From the human T2T-CHM13v2.0 reference genome, Homo sapiens, in assembly GCF_009914755.1 (NCBI RefSeq), contig NC_060939.1: a stretch of 64,000 bases of DNA; one strand, given 5' to 3'. Below are positions 39,321 through 52,932 of this stretch, piece by piece. The position numbers and the translations under genes were made by a program. The notes beneath the pieces were generated by a model. That model made no database searches. It was not told the origin of the DNA and saw nothing but the letters and a program-made list of their open reading frames with translations. Each line of letters begins with the position of its first letter. Positions within the stretch are counted from its first letter, which is position 1.

Positions 39321-41719
39321 GGGGGTGTAAATTTATGGTGGACAGCTAGTCCTCTTTGCTGTGGGCTGTAGCCACCACCTCCACATGTCCTGGCGTCTGC
39401 CCCACGAGAGGGCACCATTGTCACCAAGGGGCCAGGGGAGAATGATGGTGACTCCACAAAGATGCTCTTTGCTGCCTCAGTTTTTCCAACTGGAAAACGG
39501 AATGAGTAAGAGTATCCACTCCCTCAGGTTGATATGCAGTTTAAATGGGATGGTGCATGTTAGCACCCCCACACGTGGTACCTGCACAGTGAAAGTTAAT
39601 TAAGGAAGATAGGGAGGGCTGGGGCAGGGGAGTCTGCCTTAGAGCCAGTGAAGCCAGGGAAGAGGCAGTTAATGTGATCGTGGGAGGGAGGCAGTCTGAC
39701 CTCTGTCCTAGCAGGCATCCTTAAATTCCAGCCTGTGGTTCTCATAACTGAGCCTGGCCACAGCCTAGTAAGGTAGAACTGTGTGTGTATGTGTGCTTGG
39801 TTTCAAATCACTCAAGCAAAAACAAACTGATACCAAACACCTTCCCTCAGACAGTGAATATGTACACACAATCACACAGAAAGAAGAGAAACAAATAAAT
39901 AGACTTTTTTTCCAGAAAAAAAGATGCAGTTTTAGCCATAGATGCTTATGTACTATATTTAGTGTAGGTTTGGCACAATCATATACTGCCTTACATTATT
40001 TGAGGGTTTAAGCAAGTATTTCAATTCCAAAAATAATTACCCGGCTAAGAGTTTTGAGAGAGACAAAAATAAGAGATGTGTTGTCCAGCTCCCAAAGAGC
40101 CGACAGAGTGGAGGGAGACGGCAGCCTATGCGGGCCATTTAAATAAAAAGCCCTGTCCCTGGAACCAATGCTGGCACCACAGCTGGGACAACTCCAGGGG
40201 AGAGCAAGGGATTCTGCTGTGATCCAGCAAAGCACTGGTTCCTTTACCAGGTGACAAAGTCACCTTCCTGGATGGCCCCTTTGCTTGATGATGGGCATGG
40301 GATGAGGAGGGAATGGCACCGTGAAATTAGCCTGGCTCAGCGTCATACAAGCTGGCTTTCTGATCCTCTCTGGGTCATTTGAGAACCGCATGACCTTGAC
40401 AGTTGTGAGAATCAGAGTCAATCTGTGTAAAGAGTACATTCAAGGGTCTGACACCTGGTCGGCCTTCTACAAGCTGCACGAAGTTTCCACTTGATGAGAA
40501 GGGAATGGAATGTTCTGGTAAGCTCTCGGGAACTGCCTACATACTCTAGAGACTGCTGGGCACACAGTAAAGGCTTAATGCATGGTTGAATTGGATCAGT
40601 GATGCTGCAGGCCAGTTCTCTCCCCACCTGCCTCTTCCTTCCCTCTTCTCTCCCTCCTCCTTCACCTCTTCATCCCACTGCCAGCATCCAGGCAGTGGAG
40701 ACACCCCACATATGGAGAACATCCTTTGCTCTACTGAATTCTGCTGCACTAACCTGAAGGCACCAACCCACTGGGAGCCAGAATGGGGTGTGTGTCTCCT
40801 CCTGATAGGGTGGGAAGCATACAAACTTAGGATTCACGTGGACCTGGATTCCAATCCCAACTCTACCACTTACTCGTCATAGCTTTGGATGAGTTATGTA
40901 ACCTCTCTAAGCCTCAGGCTCACCGTGAGCAAAGTGGGGGGAATACCTATCAGGAGAATGAATACAGGGGTTCAACAAGACTACAGATGGAAGCACCATG
41001 TAGTGATTTTGTAGATATTAAATAGCTGTCAGTCCCCTTTTCTCACGTGTAGTTTTTCCTGGGATCTGGGTAGCTCTGCAGCCCCACTTCTGCTCTCCAC
41101 TCTTGAATCTCCACCGTTGGAACTTCATCTCTTCAGCATTTGATCCTTGTGAAAATACGACATCCGTTAGGAGAAAACCTGGCGGGCTGTGCATGGTGAA
41201 AAGAGTGCAAAGTAAGGAAGGCTGGGGGACATCAAAAGCAAACTCATAACTACTCTCAGGCTGGATGGCAAGTAGATTCACCCTGAGTTCTCATGCCAAC
41301 CAATTGCTAGAGGCTACTGGGGGTGTTGTATTGAGGATATTGTGCTGAGAAGGATTCCACGGTCACATCCAGCTTGGGGAGAAGGCATGCGTGATCAACT
41401 GGTGGTGTGTGTGAACAGGGCAGGGAAGTCCTTGGCTCTTGTAGGGTGTAGGGGCAGAGGGCTGAAGAGCCGCAGCTTGGGTGCTTTGGTTCTCGCCCTC
41501 CTGTGCTGAGGTTCCCTGTGCTCAGCACTCACTGGCTTGTCCCTCCCACCCTGATCATTCCTCCAGGAGGCCCTCCTGATTGCTCTTCCTAAGCATGTCC
41601 TGGCCTGTGCTTTCCTTTCTCCAGGCTGGTCTAGCCGCCTGGCTACCGGGCATTGATATTCCTTCACTGTAAGCCCAGCTGCTTCCAGCCAGAGCTGGCT
41701 CTTGCCACCAGAGGGAAAC

Positions 41720-42110
41720 GGTTTTGAGCATGCAGCGCCATGCCCCAGAATTCTTCTCCCTGAGCCTCATTATGATATTGTCGATATTCCCCGCGAAAGG
41801 GCATCTCTCTCGACGCCTTTGCTTTTTTTATTAATGTGTGTGAAGGCAAGTCAAGCCTGATTATCATGAAGACAATTGCTGCAATCCCTCCTGGAGAAGG
41901 CTCATCCAGACTGTGTAGGCGGTTTAATTTCAGAGACCCATTAATTGGCAAAATTGCTTAAGCAGCTGCTCTCGGTGTCATTTCAGGACCACTTTGTGAG
42001 AAGCAGAGAGGAGGGGAGAGGGAGGGAGGAAGCAGGCTTCCCGGCGGGCCAGCCTGCCCAGCCCCGCATAGTCCCATTTTCTCTGGCAAACAGACACCAA
42101 CGCTGAGGGA
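41720..42110. promoter_or_regulatory. Candidate enhancer block
   Basis: Repeat-free, CpG-retaining; ttttattaatg, ctgattatc, gacaattg, gtttaatttc, ccattaattggc, gtgtca. Confidence 0.5.
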
Positions 42111-42824
42111 AGATATGCTATGGCTTGGGCTTGCTGCTGCCTGTGCCCCGCTCCTAGGCAAAGTCACTCGGCCCTCAGACCCGCATGCACATACTACCAT
42201 TCTCTCTGCTGCCTCTTCCTTCTCCAACCATGTCTAGCCAGCAGCAAATTCCCATTCACTTTCAACATCCGGTTCAGAGTGGCAGCTCCTCCAGGAAGCC
42301 TCTTGGGATTTGATCCATCAAGGACAATTTCTTTTTCTCTACTATTACTACTTTTTAAAAAATCTGTCAACACTTATGCTATTTCAAATATCAGGTTGTA
42401 TAATGGACAGGGCTCATGGTGTCTTTATCTCTCTACCCCAAGAACATAGAGCCTGTTATAACGAATTGACTGAATGAAGGCTTGTTACATAAAATGTGCA
42501 ATGCTTAGGTTGCGGTGGGGAGGTCATACAGTTGTTCATTCATTCAACAAACATGCGCCAGCCATTGTGCTCAGAGTAAGTGATGTGGGGCTCATTCAAG
42601 GTCTGATATGCTATCAAAGGATATACAGCTGGGGACATTCTGGGTAGAGAGATGACATGTCCAGCTCAGCGGATTGAAGAACGTTTTGCAGGAGACAGGC
42701 TTAAGCTGGGCCTTAGGAAAGGGATGCTAAAGTATTCCACAAAGCAAACAAGTAGAAATAGAAAAATGTGTGTGCATATTCTGACTAATTCCTAGAAGAC
42801 AGATAATTCTGAAATGAACATGCT

Positions 42825-43125
42825 TTTAAAAATTATTGGAGCATAGCCAGTATACATAAGGTGCATAAATGTTAAATGGATGCCTCACTAATTTTTATAT
42901 TAGTATCCACCCATAACTGCCACCCAGATCAAGAACTAGAACATTTCCAGCTCTCCAGAAGGCTCCCTAATGCCTCCTCCTAGGCACTGACACCCCTCCA
43001 CCACAAGTAACTCCTTTGACCATTGGCACCATAGATTAGTTTTGACTGGAATCACAGTAATCTTTCCCATCAGGCTTCTTTTGCTCAACCTTTTCTGTGA
43101 GACTTATCCATGTTGTGTGTGGCTT
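42825..43125 (-). mobile_element. L1M (MD/ME-type) 3' UTR fragment
   Basis: ccacccagatcaagaactagaacatttccagctctccagaaggctccc; ccatagattagttttg. Confidence 0.8.
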
Positions 43126-43156
43126 TTGGAACAAATGGGCTTTTAATAAATGCCTC

Positions 43157-43603
43157 CTGTGAACCCAATTCTAGCCACACCCAGTTTACCCTTCCTTCTT
43201 GCTAACAGAACTCCAATTTATAGGAGGTGGTAAAATGTGCAGCTAAAGGACTACATTTCCCAAGCTTCCCTGCAGCCAAGGGTAGCCAATGAGATGTCCG
43301 TGCAAGCCCCTCAGCAGGGCTCCTGGAAAACTCTGCAGGAGATTGAGTGGGCTGGGAGGCCTCTCTGCCTCCTCCTTTTTGTGCCTGGTATATGGATGTG
43401 ATTGGAGCTCCAACGGCCATCTCGGGTCATGAAAAGACTTGAGAATAGGGCCATGCGATAATGTGGAACAGAAAGCTAACAGAGCCTGGACCCCTAATGG
43501 CATCCTGGAGGCTCCATGTGAGCCCTGGACTGCCTTCCTCCAGGCTTGCTTAAGCCACTGTTACTTTGGTTATTGGTTATAGGCAGGAGAACTTAATCCT
43601 AAT
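43157..43603 (+). mobile_element. MLT1J-type LTR
   Basis: gactacatttcccaagcttccctgcagc, ggagctccaacggccatct, agccctggactgcct, ttaagccactgtta. Confidence 0.8.
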
Positions 43604-43614
43604 AGTTAACCAAA

Positions 43615-44145
43615 TTGGTGCATAAAACCTTCCGATGGCATGCAGAATAAAATCCAGATTCTTTGCTGTGGCTCATATAGTCCTGTGTGATATGGCTCCT
43701 GGCTTCTTTTCTGATCTCTTCTCCTTCCATTCCCCCACTTGCTATCCACTCACACTGACCTTCTTTCATCTCCTTAAATAGCTCCTTTTTTGCCCCAGGG
43801 TCTTTGCACAAGCTATCTTCCCGGTAGGAGCACTCTTTCCTCTACAACATCTGCCTGCTTTCTCCCCCTCTTTCAATTTCACCTTAAGTGCCGTCTCTTT
43901 AAAGAGGCTTTCCCTGAGCACCTGATCTAAACTAGACGTCCCTGGCACTTTTCATCTTGGCACTTATCCCACTTGGTAAGTGGCTTATTTGCTCAAAGCC
44001 TGTTTACTTCCACTAAATCCTCTGTACTATGAGGGCAAAGATTGTGATTCTGTTTTGTTAACTTTAAGGTCCCCCGAGCCTACCATAGTACCTGACACAT
44101 GGAAAGTGCTCCAAAAACATTTTTGAATGAGTTAATAAATGAAAG
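43615..44145 (+). mobile_element. L2a 3' end
   Basis: cagaataaaatccaga...agaggctttccctgagcacc...tgagggcaaaga...cctgacacatgg...tgaatgagttaataaatgaa. Confidence 0.85.
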
Positions 44146-44161
44146 AATTTGAGAGGAATAC

Positions 44162-44221
44162 AAAGGAGACTATAGCTCCCAGCTCTACAATAAAGGAGAC
44201 TACAGATCTCAGCTCTATAAT
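44162..44221. repeat. 30-bp tandem duplication
   Basis: aaaggagactatagctcccagctctacaat / aaaggagactacagatctcagctctataat, 26/30 identical. Confidence 0.9.
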
Positions 44222-44444
44222 AAAATAAAAGCAATAATGCATATAAGATACCAAGATGAACAAAACAAACAGAACTTAGAAACCAAGGCCAGATTGGTGG
44301 GTGGATATCAAGGACTTATACAAACATGAAATGTCCTGAGACTCCAGAAAAAGGGAGGGGAGAGTAATCAGGGAAAGCTTTGAAGGATGGGGACAACTAT
44401 ACTAAATAAAAAGGTGAAAAGCAATCAGCGTATGGAAGAAAGTC

Positions 44445-44868
44445 TATTAACTAGAATTGAGTTCATCTGTGAGTAACAGAAGTGCCAAAATAACAATGGC
44501 TGAAAGAAGACAAAAGTTTGTTTTACTCTCATATAAAAGAAATTAAGTTGCTAGGGACCTAGGTTCTTTCTATCTTGCTTCTCCACCATCTTTAGTGTAT
44601 TGCCTCGTGGTTTAATATGGCTGCTTATGCTCCAGCCACTACATTCAGAATCCACACACCAGGAAGAAAGAAGGTAAAGTGAAAGGGACAAAGAACTTAG
44701 GCTAAGTTCTTTTACCATTTTGTTGGACAGAACCTATTATATAGCCTCTTCTAGTTTGAGAGGAGGCTGGGAAATATAGTCATGATTCTGAGCCCAGATA
44801 AATGTCAAGGCTCTGTTATTAAGGAAGGAGGGCAGAGTGGATGTTGGGGTAAGCCACTGTAGTATCTA
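44445..44868 (-). mobile_element. MLT1J-type LTR
   Basis: gtgagtaacagaa...aaaataacaatggct; gggacctaggttctttctatcttg; gaggctgggaaatatagtc. Confidence 0.8.
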
Positions 44869-46274
44869 CCCTAGGACAGGGAAGGATGGTATGGGTGGAA
44901 AGGGTACAGGTGAGAACACATTGGAAGTGTTTGGGGTTGTGAGTGGAGAGGAAAATCCTTAGGAGGCTGATGTCAAGACTGTTTCTCCCAAGTAACCCCA
45001 CTGATGTTTGTTTAATGCATTGATTCCAAAATGAGAGTGTCTTCCCGAGAGTCAAAATTATTCCAGTTTAAATAGCCCTGTAAGAGGGATTCAGGAGTCC
45101 CAGGCTCCAAAACTCAACCGTCCACAGCTATGGTGGGGCCTGAAGCAAGTTTCAGCCCCTCTCCAATCCTCATGGCCAGCCATGGTGTGGACTTCGGAGG
45201 TTACACAATAAGGCCAAGTCAGCTGACACGGAAGCAAAGAAGACCAGGCTGGGACTCAGAGAGATGAGACATGGTAATGCAGCTTTGGAAACCCAACAGT
45301 GATCCCTGAGCAGTCAAAGGAACATTTGCTGGAGACAGAAGGAAGAAAGAGGGCTCAATGCAGCCTCCAGCATTGCCTTCCTCTGGGGGTCTTTTATGCT
45401 CCTTATAGGCAATATTTGCCACCTCCCCTTTTCTTTTCCTGGCAGAATCACAGAGACCCAAAACAAAAAGTGACTTTGATCTGCTTAAGGCCACTCAGTG
45501 AAGAGATGACAAAGCTCACCTTCGGCCCATATCTCTGGATTTTGCTCTACTGCATTCCCTACCACACTAATTGTCTTGCCCCCATGAGGCAGAGTGATGG
45601 TTGGTATAGGACTCTTGTGGCCCCAGAGCTCCAGGATGTCTGTGATGTACCAAATCACCCCTCCATCCAGTTGGGATTGGGCCCTGGGTCTCTATAGCTC
45701 CTCCACATCAGAGGGGCAGACAGCCAAGGGACACCCCGCTTCGCTGAGGAATGACTGCATCACTGCATGCTCTCATGGTCACAACAGCTTTCCTTCCAAA
45801 GTGGGAGGCGATCAGTCCCCATCTCCCCAAACCCAGCTCTGGGCATGAGACACCAGACCAAGAGGGCATAGCCCTGCTTTCCCATCCCCAGGAGGGGAGT
45901 GGGCACATCTGCTGCTCCTCTGCCCAGTAGCCTGCTGAACTCAGCTCCTGGGGGCTACATTCCCCACCCTAACTCCCACTTAGTGGGGCTCATCTGCTTT
46001 CCTGGCTTCTGCCCATATCCCTGGTCAAAATACCTGGTTCAGCTGAACCTTGTGATCAGCAGTGCCCTTGAGAGTGAAGGAGCAAATGGTCAGTGCTCAA
46101 ATTCCAGCTCTGTTACTTGCTAGCTGTGTGATCCTGGGCACTTTAGTTAACCTCTCTGAGCCTCACATGTAAAACAATCATGATACTAACTCACTCACAA
46201 GATGGTTGGAGGGATTCAAAATTAACCTTCAAACAAGACCATGTATCATCACCGATCATTCTGGAATGTAGGGG

Positions 46275-46715
46275 GGTACCTGTGCCCAATAGTTTATGTT
46301 AGCATCAGCAACCACACTCTCTGGTCTTCACTCTTTACCCCCGAGGCTACCCCCTGGGAACTACATTTTCCAGGCTCCCTTGCCTGCTGGCTTCCCGTTA
46401 GGTTCAGCCAACAGGAGACACTGGTGGGAGATTAGAAGGCGGGAAGGAGGGAGAAGGCATTTGTCTGCTCCTGGCAGAGGCCCTTTGGCACTATTGCAGG
46501 CTCCCCAGTTCCGAGGGTGGGAGCTCCCAGCAGATGGGTCTTGTGGGCCCCATTGCCCAGAACAGGAGCAGCTTCCTCCTGGTCTAGGGGTAAGAACCCT
46601 CATCTTCCTTTTGCCCCTCTGACTCTTTTAGCCCCCTTGTAACCAATTCCCCTTATTAAATCTGCTTGAAACATCTAGAGTAGCTCTTCTCTTCCTGCCT
46701 GGGCACGGACAGATG
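46275..46715 (+). mobile_element. LTR33-type ERVL LTR
   Basis: ggctcccttgcctgctggcttcccgttaggttcagccaacaggagacactggtgggagattagaagg; ttgtaaccaattccccttattaaat. Confidence 0.8.
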
Positions 46716-46942
46716 CCATAGACAATGGATGCCCACGTCTGGAGGATTTCTCACTTACCCTGTGCATCCTCCACTGAACTGTAGCTCAAGCCCTCCTCAG
46801 TGCCAGAGCCACCTAGGCACCCCCACATGACTGACACTCAGAGCAGACCCAGACTCGAGCCTCAGTTTACCTTATTTCTAGGATCAGTGACTCAAGACCT
46901 TGGCCCTCCTCTCCACGAGGGGACAAGCCTTTCTGTTCTAAT

Positions 46943-47276
46943 TAGTCAGATACCACACAACAACATCTCAGTCAACCATGGACCACATATACAATAGTGA
47001 TACCATAAGACTATAATCCCAAATTGTTACTGTACCTTTTCCATGTTTAGCTATGTTTAGATACACAAACACACATTGTGTTCCAGCTGTCTGTGGTATT
47101 TGGTAGAACAACATGCTGTACAGGTTTGTAGACTAGGAGTAATAAGCTATACCATTAGCCTAGGTGTGTAGTAGGCTACACCACCTAGGTTAGAGTAAGT
47201 ACACTCTATGATGGTCACACAATGATGAAATTGATGCATTTCTCAGAACACATCCTTGTTAAGCAACACGTGACTG
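46943..47276. mobile_element. Tigger3a (TcMar-Tigger)
   Basis: acatgctgtacaggtttgtag, tagcctaggtgtgtagtaggcta, aagtacactctatgatg, terminal ttaagcaacacgtgactg. Confidence 0.88.
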
Positions 47277-47572
47277 CACTTTCTCCCACCAACCCCAGCC
47301 TTGGCCCCCGCAGTCCTCAGCTCACTCATTCCCCACCCCTGTCAGGTGCTCCCAGCCATTCTGGTAGGACAGAATCCTAGAATGTGTGCAGCTTCCTGCT
47401 GACCCCTTTGACAAAGCAGAAAAGAGAACAGCTCTGCTATGAGGATGGGTGCCCAGCACAACTCAGAGGTGACTCTGAGGCTGGAGCAGCCCTGTAGAGA
47501 TCTTCTAGTCCAGGCTTTGCTCATAAGAATGGCAAGATATTATTATGCCCATTGTTCAGATGAAAACACTGC

Positions 47573-47988
47573 TGTGTGAGTCTGTTTGCATTGCTATACA
47601 GGAATACCTGAGACTGGATAATTCATAAAGAAAAGAGGTTTATTTGGCTCATGGTTCTGCAGGCTGTCCAAGAAGCATAGTGCTCGCATCTGTTTGTGGT
47701 GAAGCCTCAGGAAGCTTCTTCCAATCGTGACAGAAGGCAAAGGGGAAGCCAGTGTGTCACATGGTGAGAGAGTGAGCAGGAGAGGGAGGAGGTGCCAGAC
47801 TCTTTAAAACAACCACATTTCATGTGGACTCACCATGAGAACTCACTCATTACCACAAGGATGGCACCAAGACGTTCATGAGGGATCTGCCCCCACGACC
47901 CATTCATCTCCCACCAGGCCCCACCTCCAACCTTGGGGACCACATTTTACCATGAGATTTGGAGGGGACACAGGTACAAACCACATCA
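47573..47988 (-). mobile_element. MSTB-type MaLR LTR
   Basis: aagaaaagaggtttatttggctcatggttctgcaggctg; ttcatgagggatctgcccc; ccaccaggccccacctccaac. Confidence 0.92.
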
Positions 47989-48340
47989 AATGAGCTCTAA
48001 AGTGACTTGCTCATGGCTGTCTTCTGGGAAAGGCTCCCATCTGCCATCAGCACTCACCACTTCCTCCTGTCAGTTCCTGACAACTCCTCTGCCCTATTTC
48101 AGGTGTTCTTGGGGTCGACACGCCCCTCAGCAACACACAGCCCTCAACTCAGGCTGAGTCCCATATTTTGGACTTTTCCAATCTTGAATCCCAAAACAGC
48201 ACAATGTCTTGGATTCTATCTCTGTCAATTGCTATTTTCTGCCAAGGAAGTGAAAAAACCTAATTCATACTAAAGTATCAGCAGGTCAGTGTGTCCTTTC
48301 TTCCTTAGAAACACACTTGTTTCTTAGCTGCGGCCTTCAG

Positions 48341-48472
48341 CAGGGCCTCTCTGTCCAGCTGTGCAGGCTGTGCTCTGCACCACCCTGGTAGGTCTCATCC
48401 ACGGCATGGGCCACGTGAACAGCCCTCCTCATCCACCTAGAGTTGTACATTGCACATTTAGACAGTGCCCTG
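48341..48472. mobile_element. Small hAT-type MITE (Tip100-group/MamRep38-like)
   Basis: Termini cagggc...gccctg with internal tgtgcaggctgtgctctgcac / gttgtacattgcaca symmetry. Confidence 0.55.
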
Positions 48473-48859
48473 CCTTTCCAGACACAATGTTGAATCCAAA
48501 GGAATACATTGCTAGAAAGAGCTCATGACAGGGGGTTGAGAGACCCAGGCCTGATCTGGGATCTCACATGAGCCATTGACTCTCTCTGATATTCTGTTTC
48601 CTCTCCCAAAAAATCAGAGCTCTGCAAAATATATTTGTGCAGAGCTGAATACCTTAAAATATTTATGCACACACTTTCTCATTCAATCACATAGCAGGCA
48701 AGGCAGGCCCCATTCTCCCCATTGCAAAAAGGAGCGAACCGAGGACCAGGGTGTTGAGGACTTGCCCAGCATCTCACAGCTCAAGAGGACTGGAGCCTGA
48801 CCTTGGACCAGATTCTCAGGCTCTCTACCGAGTCCTCCCACACTGACATGGGGAGGAGA

Positions 48860-49420
48860 AGCTTTCTAAGCTCTAAAGTTGTGTGAAGGTTTGTGCCCAA
48901 GTGGCGTGTTGGCCATCTCCAGCAGCACCATGGCCAGTGTCATGCCGCCTCGGGGGCCCGTCGACTCACTCCCCAGAGGTGCCTCTGCCTCCGGCTTCGG
49001 TTCAGCGCTGGCTCCTCGAGGTGCCAGGTGGAATCCCAACATTTTTTCCGCCTTCCTCAGGCCTGGCAAGTGGAGCCCAAAAACAGATGCCTAGCACCTT
49101 GTTCTTGGCGAGAATGACAGATTTTCGAGTCCCCTTCCAGGAGCCGTGCTCGCTTCCCCGGCATACATACTGTGTCAGCCCATCCTGAGCTAGTGAAAAT
49201 AAACAGTGTCATTATCCCTCCGCTGGCTGCTGCACAGTCTATCTATACCACTTAAGACACGGGATAAATGGCTTCTCAGTTTCATAATGAAAGGAATATT
49301 TCATTTTGCAGAGCTGAGGAACTGTTTATTGAGCATAAAAACAATATTTATACTGTGTTTTGATAATAAACTGATCTAGAAGTTGGTTCATTTAGGTGAT
49401 GACTTGGATGTGACTCACTC
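48860..49420. promoter_or_regulatory. CpG-retaining candidate regulatory element
   Basis: About 16 CpG in 48900-49230, RE1-like 21-mer, then aaataaacagtgtcattatc, tgtttattgagcataaaaacaat. Confidence 0.5.
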
Positions 49421-49662
49421 CTCTCCTCTGGAGTTGGTATGGGTGGGGAGTGCACAGAGCCTGTGATCTAGGGGGTCACAGGGCCCTGAAACAGCCTTTC
49501 CACTTTCTGTGTTAATACTCAGAGTCTTCACAATGATTCTAGGAGATGGCTGTCACTATTACCCTCAATTTACAGGTGGGGAAACTGAGGCATGGAGCAG
49601 CTAAGTAGCTTTCTCAAGTCATAGGTCTAGTAAGTGGCAGAGCTGTGAATTAAATGTAATCA

Positions 49663-50041
<379 letters not shown>

Positions 50042-50839
50042 CTAAGAGAAGTCTAGAGCATGGCAAGAATACACCAGCAGGAGGTGAATGAGAGACTTTC
50101 ATAGCTTATGAACATTGAGCCCAGCACTAGGTCTTTGCCCCAGCATTGCTCTGCAGTCCTGATCGCAGTTTCCCGAAAATGGAGCCAGTGGGGGAGTGGG
50201 TGCTGGGACCTTGCTCCAGACGACTCCCCCTTTCAGGATCCTCCTGTCCCTGCTTTTTGCAGACAATGCCTCCCATTCACAGGTTCTGCCTCTGTAGCTC
50301 TGGACAGTTACAGCCAGGCCCTTCACAGGACTCCTGCTCAGAAATGATGGAGCCATCCTTGCTGCTGGATGTGACCTGCCTCCACCCCTTGCTGATGTGG
50401 GTCCCTGCTGGAATCTCCACTCTGCCTGCACCTCCCCCATCGATGCTCTGGTTCACTCACAAAGGTACCAGATAGGGAGTTTATGATAATACTTGCAGCC
50501 ACCAGGCGTTGCTAGGTGCCAGGCACTGTGCCAAACAGTTTTCATGGGTTATTGTTCATCTTTACAGTAGCCAAGGAAGTTAGCATGACTTTCCTTGGTT
50601 TAAAAGACAGACTCAGGAAGGTAAACTAACTTGCCTAAGGCCACACAGCTGGTAGCTAACAGAGAAGAAATGCAAATCCAGGCCTGTCCCCTCCCAGGCC
50701 CTTGGGCTTTCTCTACTGTGTCTCCTCTCAAAGGCTTCAAGAGTGAGGCCAGATTAGATAGATTGTGCTGGGTTTCCTGCCCTTTACCCTCTACTCCAAA
50801 AAAGTGTCTAAATTTCCTCTCGCTGCCTCAGTCTGTCCC

Positions 50840-51313
50840 TGAAGTAGGCTGAATAATGGCCCCCAAGGATATCCACATCCTAATCTCCAGAATTCATGAG
50901 TATCATCTTACATGGCAAAAGGGACTTTGCAGATGTGATCAAATTCAGAATTTCAAGAACAGGTGATTATCCTGGATTATCCAGGAAGACTGTACCTGTA
51001 ATCACAGGTATCCTTCAAAGAGAGAGACTTGACTGCAGAACAGAGGACGGCAATGTGACATCAAAAGAAGACACTGGAGAGTTGTGGCCAGGAGCCAAGG
51101 AATGCTGCCAACCACCTTAGATGCTAGAAGAGCCAAGGAACAGGTTCTCCTCTGGGGCCCTCAGAAAGAACCACCTCTGTTAACACCTTGATATTAGCCC
51201 TGTGAGACTCATTTTGGACTTCTGACCTCCAGCATTTAAGAGAATAAATGTGTGTTGCTTTAAGCCACGAAACTTGTGGTAATTTGTTATAGCAGCAATA
51301 GGAAACTAATACA
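50840..51313 (+). mobile_element. MLT1D LTR
   Basis: ggctgaataatggcccccaaggatatccacatcctaatc; catggcaaaagggactttgcagatgtgat; ttgttatagcagcaataggaaactaataca. Confidence 0.92.
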
Positions 51314-51849
51314 GTGCTATTCAGCCCAATCTTCCAGTGTAGTCCTGATGCCAAAACAAGTGTCCCGTGGACTCCATAGATACACCAGAATTTGTCACTG
51401 TCCCAGTATAGAGTCAGGAAACCACATCTCTATTTCCATAGTGTTACCACTGAGGAGAATCCTGAAGTTCAGAGAGGGGAAGTGACTGCTTAAAATCCAT
51501 CCTAAATTCACAATGATGAAGATAGGACTCAAATCCAGTGCCTCTTGCTTCCATATGAATCTTTTATCTACTTTTTAAGGCAATCAATAACTCTAAAAAG
51601 TTACAAAGAAAAAAATAACTGTGGGATCTCAGAGTTATTTCTTTGTGTGAGTGAGTGTGTGTGTGTGTGTGTATGTTTCTCTCAGCATTATTTTGTTTTG
51701 TTTGTTGTTTTTTTGTCCCCACAGCAGATTATGGGCCTATGGTATAAGTAAGAGAACATTATTCTGAGTTAGCAACATTATTCCACTTGCCAGTTTAGGG
51801 CTTTTTTGATGAGATAAGATAACACTAAATGTTCATCCAAACATTTCGT

Positions 51850-52231
51850 GTGCCTCTACGCAGGACTGTGACTAGCTCTGGTCAAAAAATGTGGTGTGGT
51901 GGAAGGGAGATTTGCCACTTCCAGGCCTTGCCCCTAAAACCTCAATAAACTCCCCTTTTTAGATGCACCTTGCCCATTGGCTGGGCCGCTAAAGACCTCG
52001 AGGAAGACTTGGAAATACTGAGGGCCTGCTAAGGGTTAGCAGAGCCTAAGCTATGTAAAAAGAAACTAGATCCCTGAGTCACCACTTGGAGGAGAGGTGC
52101 CCAGCAGAGCCGTCTGACAGCAATACCCACATTGGACCTTGCAGCAGTGATAAATGAACTATCATTAGGTTAAGTCACTGGGAATCTGGGGCTTGTTACT
52201 GCAGCACAACTCAGCCTATCCTGACTGACAA
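51850..52231 (+). mobile_element. MLT1H/I-type LTR
   Basis: ccacttccaggcc, tccctgagtcaccacttggagg, cttgttactgcagcacaactcagcctatcctgactgac. Confidence 0.75.
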
Positions 52232-52932
52232 AGATGGGAAGATGGTACTCAATGCCTCTCAGGTACTCAACAAATGGCATTCATTACTGGAAGGGCCTTT
52301 AAAATGGAACCACTTCTGTGGGTGAATATCAGATAGGATCTGTGGTATATGTCTATATACACCTTTCTAGCTTCACCTGGAAATTCACTGAAGGACTGAG
52401 AATTAATAGCCAAGAGTGGTTACAACAACCTAAGAAAAATGGCTTGTTAACTTAACCAAACTTTCCTTCTACTGTTTCCCCTTAGACATCATCCCATCTG
52501 AGAGAGACCAGGACTGAGGTTTCTTGGTCCTGGCTTGAGTTCTTCTTGATGGGATTTTCCTGTCTACCACTCTTGAGGATCTCCTCATAAAGACAAGTTA
52601 TTCCCGGAGAGAGGGTCAGGCCCTAGGAGAATGGGTGTGGCCCTGGAGGAAGAAAGAGGAGGGGAGCAAGAGAGAGGGGCAGGGTCTATGTAGGCAAGAG
52701 TGGGGGATCAGTCCTGGGACCTTCCTTTCCTCTGTCCCCCATCTCTGCACCACCACCCTCTCCATCCTCATTTTGAAGGAGATGCCATCAGAGACTTTGG
52801 GAAGTAGATCTAAGCTTAGCAGACTCTGGAGGTTGAATGGGCAATAGACATAAAAAATCATGTTCTTATGAATCATCTCCCAAGGAATCCTGAGAAATGG
52901 GAATTACAACATACCTAGGGAAGGTTTAACCT

